Source: Lama guanicoe
Taxonomy: Eukaryota
Direction of reading: 5' to 3'
NCBI GenBank assembly: GCA_013239625.1
Contig: MU053334.1
Coordinates: 372,001-436,000, forward strand
DNA length: 64,000 bases
The notes under the pieces were generated by a model that was given only the letters and a program-made list of their open reading frames with translations, did not search any database and was not told where the DNA came from. Made by a program: the position numbers and the translations under genes. How positions within the stretch are numbered: the first letter of the stretch is position 1; every line of letters starts with the position of its first letter. Shown piece by piece: positions 58,201-64,000 of the stretch.

Positions 58201-61200
58201 CCAGCGACTGGCGACTCGCCGGGAGTCTCAGACGCCCTTCTTCCCACCTCATCCGGGAGGTGGAGAGGGGCGAGGGGAGGGAGCCCCTGCCTTCCCAGGC
58301 GGCGCCGCCCTGTGCCGGCTGCCCTAGAGGGAAGGGCCTCGGTTCCAGCCACAGAGGGGACGGTGTCTGCCCTTGCCCGGGGGACTGGGCCACTGGGCCT
58401 AGGGGATGAGGTGGAGGGACCACCCCCCTGAGGATCTGAACCCCACCTGCAGCCAACTACGCTGAGCACTGGTGCTCCCTGTTGAAGAAGACAGAGGCCC
58501 CGTTCGGCAGGTGCCACTCTGCCGTGGACCCGGCCGAGTATTACAAGGTGGGTGGGGCCGGCCGTGCACCCCCACCTGCCCGACTCGTGCCACCGCGGCG
58601 TGCCCCGTGCCCCGTGCCCTGGCCGAGCCCAGCCCTCTGTGGGTGTGTGCGCGACGAGTGCGTGTTTATAGGTGTGTGATGTGGGTCCGGGCGTCTGCAG
58701 GGTGTGTGCGGGCGTTGTGCACACACGGGGTGTGCGAGGCTCGCACGGCTGCACCTCTCCTCACTGCGCTGCCTGGTTCTGCCGCCCAGAGGTGCAAATA
58801 CGACACGTGCAACTGCCGGAGCTCGGAGGACTGCATGTGCGCCGCCCTGTCCTCCTACGCCCACGCCTGTGCCGCCAAGGGCGTCCTGCTGTGGGGCTGG
58901 CGGGAGGGCGTCTGCAGTGAGTGCCGCACCCTGCGGGGCGTCCTGGGACGCGAGGCGGGCCTTCTCTGGCGCTGGCGGCTGGGGTGGGGCGGCGGCCCAG
59001 TGTCCTCCTGCAGGGCTCGGCGGGAAACCGGCCCTCAGCCACTCTGCTTGCGGGGAGGATCCCTTAGCCCAGAAGGGGAGGTGGGTGGGGCGGGGGCACC
59101 TGTGTGGCCACGGTGGTCCCGGGCCGCCTGCCCTTTGGGCCCCTTGGCCGGCGGGTGTCCTGGGACGGAGGTGGGGCTCAGGGACAGCCGTTGGGGACGG
59201 GGTGTGGGGCCGTCCTCCTGCCCCTCACGCCGCCCCTCCCCTCCGCAGACAGGGACGTGGGCTCCTGCCCCACCTCCCAGCTCTTCCTGTACAACCTGAC
59301 CACCTGCCAGCGGACCTGCCGCTCGCTCTCGGAACCCGACACCCGCTGCCTCGAGGGCTTCCCGCCCGTGGACGGCTGCGGCTGCCCGGACCAAGCCTTC
59401 CTGGACGAGAAGGGCCGCTGCGTGCCCCTGGCCAAGTGCTCCTGCTACCACCACGGCCTCTACCTGGAGGCGGGGGAGGTGGTCCTGAGACAGGAGGAGC
59501 GATGGTGGGTGGGCTGGGCCGGGGAGGCGGAGGGTGGGGAGGGCAGGGGCTGGGCGGGGCCAGCTCTGCCTGGGGAGCCCGCCTCCCTGCCCAACACCAC
59601 ACAGCCCTTGGGCCCGCCCCCAGAAGGGCCGACCTCACCTGCACCTTCCCTCGCAGCGTCTGCCAGAACGGGAGGCTGCACTGCAAGCAGGTCCGCTTGA
59701 TCGACCAGAGTAAGTGGGCGCTGCCCCGCGAGTCGCCTCCCGCCACCCAGGCAGCCCCTCCCCCCTCCCTTGCCAGCCGAGCCCCCTACCCAGCTTCAGC
59801 TCAAGTAAGGTGGCCCCTTCCTTCCTGCAGACTGTACGGCTCCAAAGATCCACGTGGACTGCAACAACCTGAGCGCGCTGGCCATCCGGAACCCCAGAGC
59901 CGCCAGCTGCCAGACGCTGGCCGCCGGCTCAGTGCGTGCTGGGGAGCGCCGTGGTGGACTGGGGTGCGGGAGGCTCACGTACCGGCCCTGCGGCTCCAGA
60001 CCTCTGGACACACGGGCCTCACTGGCCCTGCCCATCCCTGCGGGGAGATGGCTGCCTGTGGGTCTCCACTGAGCCTGCTGGGGGCCAGGGGCCAGTGTGG
60101 GGGCCCCTGGCAGGCGGTGCTCAGCTGTCTCCCAGCCAGGTGGTGAGCCTGAGGGGCGGGGCTCCGGAGGCTGGACCGAGGAGAGAGGTGAAGGATTAGA
60201 GAATCCGGGTGGGGAGCGCGACCAGGTGCGTGCCGGTCAGAGAGGGGCGGCCGTGTAATCCCTGAACCCCACTGTCCCACTGCCCCCAGTACCAGACGGA
60301 GTGCATCAGCGGCTGCGTGTGCCCCGAGGGGCTGCTTGATGACGGGCAGGGTGGCTGTGTGGTGGAGGCGCAGTGCCCCTGTGTGCACAACAGTGACGTG
60401 TACCCCCCCGGGGACAAGATCAGGGTGGACTGCAACACCTGGTAAGTGCGCAGACCCCGGCCCTGCGGCCGGGCCGGCTACAGGGGACCGGTGGTGGTCT
60501 GCAGGCCGCCAGCCAGCTGGCTGGCTGGGTCCCAGCCCGACGGGGGCTGGGATACGAGGCCTCGTAGGTGGGGTTCGCCCGCCGATGGGGGGCTTTCGCC
60601 CGGTACCAGGCCCCCCGCAGCCCCTCCAGGCCCCTCTCCCACTGTCCTCAGCACCTGCCAGAAAGGGCGCTGGGCGTGCACCCAGTCCGTGTGCCACGGC
60701 ACGTGTGCCGTGTACGGGAACGGCCACTACATCACCTTCGACGGGAAGTATTATGACTTTGACGGACACTGCTCCTACGTGGCCGTCCAGGTGAGGCGGA
60801 GAGCGCGGCCAGGGCCTGCCTCCTCTCCGTGGTCCCTGCCCTACTGACTCTGAGCTGGTCCCGGCCCAGCAAGGAGGCTCCGAGGGGAGGGGGTCGGGGG
60901 TGGGAGCGGAGCCCTTCCCTGGCCCTGGGGGTCCAGGACCCTCCCGCGGGTTGGAGGGGGCTGTGGGGGCACAGGGAAGGCGGGGCGTGTGTGGGGGCGG
61001 CTGGGGCCCCCCTCAACATGGGAGGGGCTGAGGCGCGTCCAGGCCCAGCTGGGGTGGGGTGCCGGGACCCCCGCGGCTGGGCCGGCCTGGCTCAGGTGGC
61101 CCTGGGCCCGCAGGACTACTGTGGCCAGAACTCCTCGCTGGGCTCCTTCAGCATCGTCACCGAGAACGTGCCCTGCGGCACCACGGGCGTCACCTGCTCC

Positions 61201-63820
61201 AAGGCCATCAAGATCTTCCTGGGGGTGAGTGCTGCCCGCCCCTGAGGACGCTGGCTCCCGGGGGTCTTCCCGCCTGGCCGGTGACCGGGCTTTCCTGTGT
61301 GCACAGAGGACGGAGCTGAAGCTGGAGGACAGACACTGCACAGTGATCCCGCTGGACGTGGGCCAGCACGTGGCCTACACCACGCGGGAGGTGGGCCAGT
61401 ACCTGGTGGTGGAGGCCAGCACTGGCGTCATCGTCATCTGGGACAAGAGGACCACCATCTTCATCAAGCTGGCTCCCTCCTACAAGGTGAGCCGCCGCCC
61501 TGCCCGCCCCGCCTCCCCCCGCCTGCCTGCCCCCAGGGGCCCTCCCTTCCTCGGGCCCCTCCCTTCCTGGGGCCCCTGGCCAAGCCCCTGCCGGCTGGTC
61601 TCTGCAGGGCAGCGTGTGCGGCTTGTGCGGGAACTTCGACCAGCGGTCCAGCAACGACTTCACCACGCGGGACCGCATGGTGGTGGAGAGCGAGCTGGAC
61701 TTCGGGAACAGCTGGAAGGAGGCCTCCACCTGCCCGGACGTGAGCAGCACCCCCGAGCCGTGCACCCTGAACTGGCACCGCCGCTCCTGGGCTGAGAAGC
61801 AGTGCAGCATCATCAAGAGCAGGGTCTTCAGGACCTGCCACAGCAAGGTGGGCGGGGAGTGGGCGTGGACTGGCGGGGTGTGGGCGGGGAGTAGGCGAGG
61901 CCCTGCGGGGTGTGGGTGGGAGGAGGCGTGGCCTGGTGAGATGTGGGCGGGCGGAGTAGGCGTGGCCTGGTGAGGTGTGGGCGGGAGCAGGTGTGGCCTG
62001 GTGAGGGGTGGGTGGGAGCAGGCGTTGTCTGGTGAGGCCTGGGCGGGTGGAGTGGGAGTTGCCGGGTATGTGTGGGCAAGTGGATGCGTGACCTGGTGGT
62101 GTGTGGGCGTGGTCCGGAAAGGTGTGGGTGTGGAGGGGGCGTGGCCAAGGGCCTTGACCAGTCGCTGCGGGGCACCTGTCCTCCAGCTTCAGCTCCAGCG
62201 GCTGTGTCTCTGGGACACACATCCCGGCGTGCAGCCCTCTGTCCAGCACCCGTGGCAGGAGCCCCCGGCTCCTGTGCCTTCCAGGGAGGGAGAAAGCTCG
62301 CCATCCCCGAAGGCCCAGTCGGCCCTCAGCTCCAGGCGTCGGTGCAGGGGCGGGTTGGCCGGCCCTCTCCGGGCCTCTCCCGCCAGTCCCACTGGAGCCC
62401 TGGGGGACTAGCGCTGGGCGAGCGTGCGCCGTGCCAGGAACCTCGGGGTCCTGAGCTCCTCGGGCGGGCGGTATAGAGCCGGGCCCCACGGAGGCTCTCC
62501 CCGCAGGTGGACCCCAAGCCCTTCTACGAGGCCTGCGTCCACGACTCGTGCTCCTGCGACACCGGCGGGGACTGCGAGTGCTTCTGCTCCGCCGTGGCCT
62601 CCTACGCCCAGGAGTGCACCAAGGAGGGGGCCTGCGTGACCTGGAGGACGCCGGAGCTGTGCCGTGAGTGTGGGCGCCAGCGGGCGGGCTGGGGCTGCTG
62701 CCCTGGGCGGGGCAGCGCCTGTGGGGGATGGGGCGTATGTGGGCCCCTCCGCCCCTGCCCCCTCCCCAGGAGGCAGGCGCCTGTGGGCCCCTGGGCCCCC
62801 TGCGGGTCGCCCTCACCGGCCTCGGGCTCGCTGAGGCTGACCCCAGCCCTGCCCCCCAGCCGTCTTCTGTGACTACTACAACCCCCCGGACGAGTGTGAG
62901 TGGCACTACGAGCCGTGCGGGAAGCGCAGCTTCGAGACCTGCAGGAGCCTCAGCGGCATCCACTCCAACATCTCCGTGTCCTACCTGGAGGGTGAGGGGC
63001 CTGCCGGGGAGGCAGGGTCGGCGGCGTCTGGGGACGCCCGGGGTCACCCCGACACAGGCTCTGTGGGGGCCGGGGACCCCGAGTTGCAGGCTGAGGCAGG
63101 CTCACCCAGCTGCAGAATCTGTTCATCAGGCGGTGGACTTGGAGCCTGAGCTGAGACTGCCCTCGAGGGGAGAGGCAGAAAAGAAGCGCGTTACCTCAGC
63201 GCGTGTGGTCCTGTGGTCAGGAGGGGAGGGGTGGGGGGGGCAGAGCAGGACGAGGGCGCAGCATTTTAGGTGGTGGGCTGGGGAGGCCTGTGCAGGGCCT
63301 TTGAGCTGAGGACTAGCTGAGCACCAGGGACATGCAGGGGTGAGCCAGCAGAGGACCTGGGGAGGAAGCATCCTACCCCTGGGAGGTGCCCGGCCTGCCC
63401 CCTTCCTCGGGATGGGCAGGGCCTGGCTGTCCACCAGCAGGTGGGCGGGGCCTGGCTGTCCACCAGCGGGTGGGCGGGGCCTGCCGGCCCTTTGGCTGGC
63501 GGAGTGGCAGTGTCGGGACCCCAGAGGAGGGAGCCAGGCCCCTGCCTTTCCAGGCCCTGGCCTTCCCAGAGGAACATCCTGGAGGGGTGGACCGGCCAGG
63601 CTGGGGAAGACCGCGGGTCTGGTGGACAGGGGGTCCTCTGTGGTGGTCTAAGTACAGCCCTGTGCCCACCAGGCTGCTACCCCCGGTGCCCCAAGAAGAG
63701 GCCCGTCTATGACGAGGACCTGAAGAAGTGTGTCAGAGGGGACGAATGCGGCTGCTACGTCGAGGACACTCGCTACCCACCGGGAGTGTCCGTGCCCACG
63801 GAGAAGCCCTGCCAGTCTTG
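52139..63820 (+). CDS. MUC2: Mucin-2 (intestinal gel-forming mucin), exons 1-26; gene continues beyond the window
   Basis: [15 protein letters not shown]..., [37 protein letters not shown]..., three CGLCG VWD motifs, ...GCYPRCPK; all introns GT-AG and phase-consistent. Confidence 0.97.
53055..53325 (+). CDS. MUC2: MUC2 exon 2
   Basis: [15 protein letters not shown]...LAVVNGA. Confidence 0.92.
54124..54238 (+). CDS. MUC2: MUC2 exon 3
   Basis: [38 protein letters not shown]. Confidence 0.93.
54630..54720 (+). CDS. MUC2: MUC2 exon 4
   Basis: [30 protein letters not shown]. Confidence 0.93.
54800..54909 (+). CDS. MUC2: MUC2 exon 5
   Basis: [36 protein letters not shown]. Confidence 0.93.
55118..55328 (+). 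CDS. MUC2: MUC2 exon 6
   Basis: [10 protein letters not shown]...[17 protein letters not shown]. Confidence 0.93.
55556..55681 (+). CDS. MUC2: MUC2 exon 7
   Basis: [41 protein letters not shown]. Confidence 0.93.
56183..56300 (+). CDS. MUC2: MUC2 exon 8
   Basis: [38 protein letters not shown]. Confidence 0.92.
56305..56930 (+). repeat. G-rich degenerate minisatellite filling MUC2 intron 8
   Basis: Recurrent GGGAGCTGGGGGTCC / GGGGCTGGGG units. Confidence 0.8.
56986..57124 (+). CDS. MUC2: MUC2 exon 9
   Basis: [46 protein letters not shown]. Confidence 0.93.
57229..57339 (+). CDS. MUC2: MUC2 exon 10
   Basis: [37 protein letters not shown]. Confidence 0.92.
57429..57498 (+). CDS. MUC2: MUC2 exon 11
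   Basis: [23 protein letters not shown]. Confidence 0.92.
57600..57737 (+). CDS. MUC2: MUC2 exon 12
   Basis: [45 protein letters not shown]. Confidence 0.92.
57830..57994 (+). CDS. MUC2: MUC2 exon 13
   Basis: [34 protein letters not shown]...DPCSLSIES. Confidence 0.93.
58453..58547 (+). CDS. MUC2: MUC2 exon 14
   Basis: [31 protein letters not shown]. Confidence 0.93.
58790..58916 (+). CDS. MUC2: MUC2 exon 15
   Basis: [42 protein letters not shown]. Confidence 0.93.
59249..59504 (+). CDS. MUC2: MUC2 exon 16
   Basis: [27 protein letters not shown]...VVLRQEER. Confidence 0.93.
59657..59709 (+). CDS. MUC2: MUC2 exon 17
   Basis: [17 protein letters not shown]. Confidence 0.9.
59831..59931 (+). 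CDS. MUC2: MUC2 exon 18
   Basis: [33 protein letters not shown]; donor GTGCGT. Confidence 0.88.
60290..60441 (+). CDS. MUC2: MUC2 exon 19
   Basis: [34 protein letters not shown]...VDCNT. Confidence 0.93.
60652..60790 (+). CDS. MUC2: MUC2 exon 20
   Basis: [46 protein letters not shown]. Confidence 0.93.
61114..61224 (+). CDS. MUC2: MUC2 exon 21
   Basis: [37 protein letters not shown]. Confidence 0.93.
61307..61486 (+). CDS. MUC2: MUC2 exon 22
   Basis: [33 protein letters not shown]...KLAPSYK. Confidence 0.93.
61608..61847 (+). CDS. MUC2: MUC2 exon 23
   Basis: [22 protein letters not shown]...[10 protein letters not shown]...CHSK. Confidence 0.94.
61848..62145 (+). repeat. Degenerate ~30-bp minisatellite in MUC2 intron 23
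   Basis: GTGGGCGGGAGCAGGCGTGGCCTGGTGAG-like units. Confidence 0.75.
62507..62663 (+). CDS. MUC2: MUC2 exon 24
   Basis: [37 protein letters not shown]...WRTPELC. Confidence 0.94.
62860..62991 (+). CDS. MUC2: MUC2 exon 25
   Basis: [43 protein letters not shown]. Confidence 0.93.
63673..63820 (+). CDS. MUC2: MUC2 exon 26
   Basis: [48 protein letters not shown]. Confidence 0.9.
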
Positions 63821-64000
63821 GTACCTAAGCTCACATCGCAGGGGGTCTGGGGGAGGGCGGTGCACACGCACACCTGCATCTGCATACAGGCACACACGCT
63901 GGCACACAAAGTTCACGGTCACACGTGGACACGGGGCTACACACAAGCACACGCGGCGCACATGCTGACCTGTGGGTGCGCAGGTGCACGCTGCACACAG

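Overview
Mammalian (non-prokaryotic), very GC-rich DNA from the gel-forming mucin cluster, with MUC6 and MUC2 arranged head to head. MUC6 lies on the minus strand (ATG at 21940). I traced 33 exons by GT/AG boundaries with consistent phases: signal peptide, D1-D2-D'D3 assemblies, a 6.4-kb PTS exon with about 10.3 copies of a 519-bp/173-aa repeat, and a cystine knot whose last exon is cut by the left window edge. MUC2 lies on the plus strand (ATG at 52139), with exons 1-26 present before the right edge. The ~30-kb intergenic interval holds CpG-rich islands, decayed L1, LTR, DNA-transposon and MIR relics, a 43-N gap and tRNA-derived SINEs resembling camelid vic-1, which suggests camel, alpaca or llama (inference). 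The most notable unexplained structures are: a 1925-codon His/Cys-rich alternative-frame ORF across the MUC6 repeats; near-perfect identity of the repeat units; an apparently identical 963-bp duplication bounded by CTCCC microhomology inside an LTR nested in an L1; a triplicated 5' splice site in MUC6 intron 21; and a probable extra cysteine in the MUC2 VWD3 domain. Repeat-family names and comparisons with human proteins come from recall, not database searches. No CRISPR, rRNA or bona fide tRNA genes were seen.
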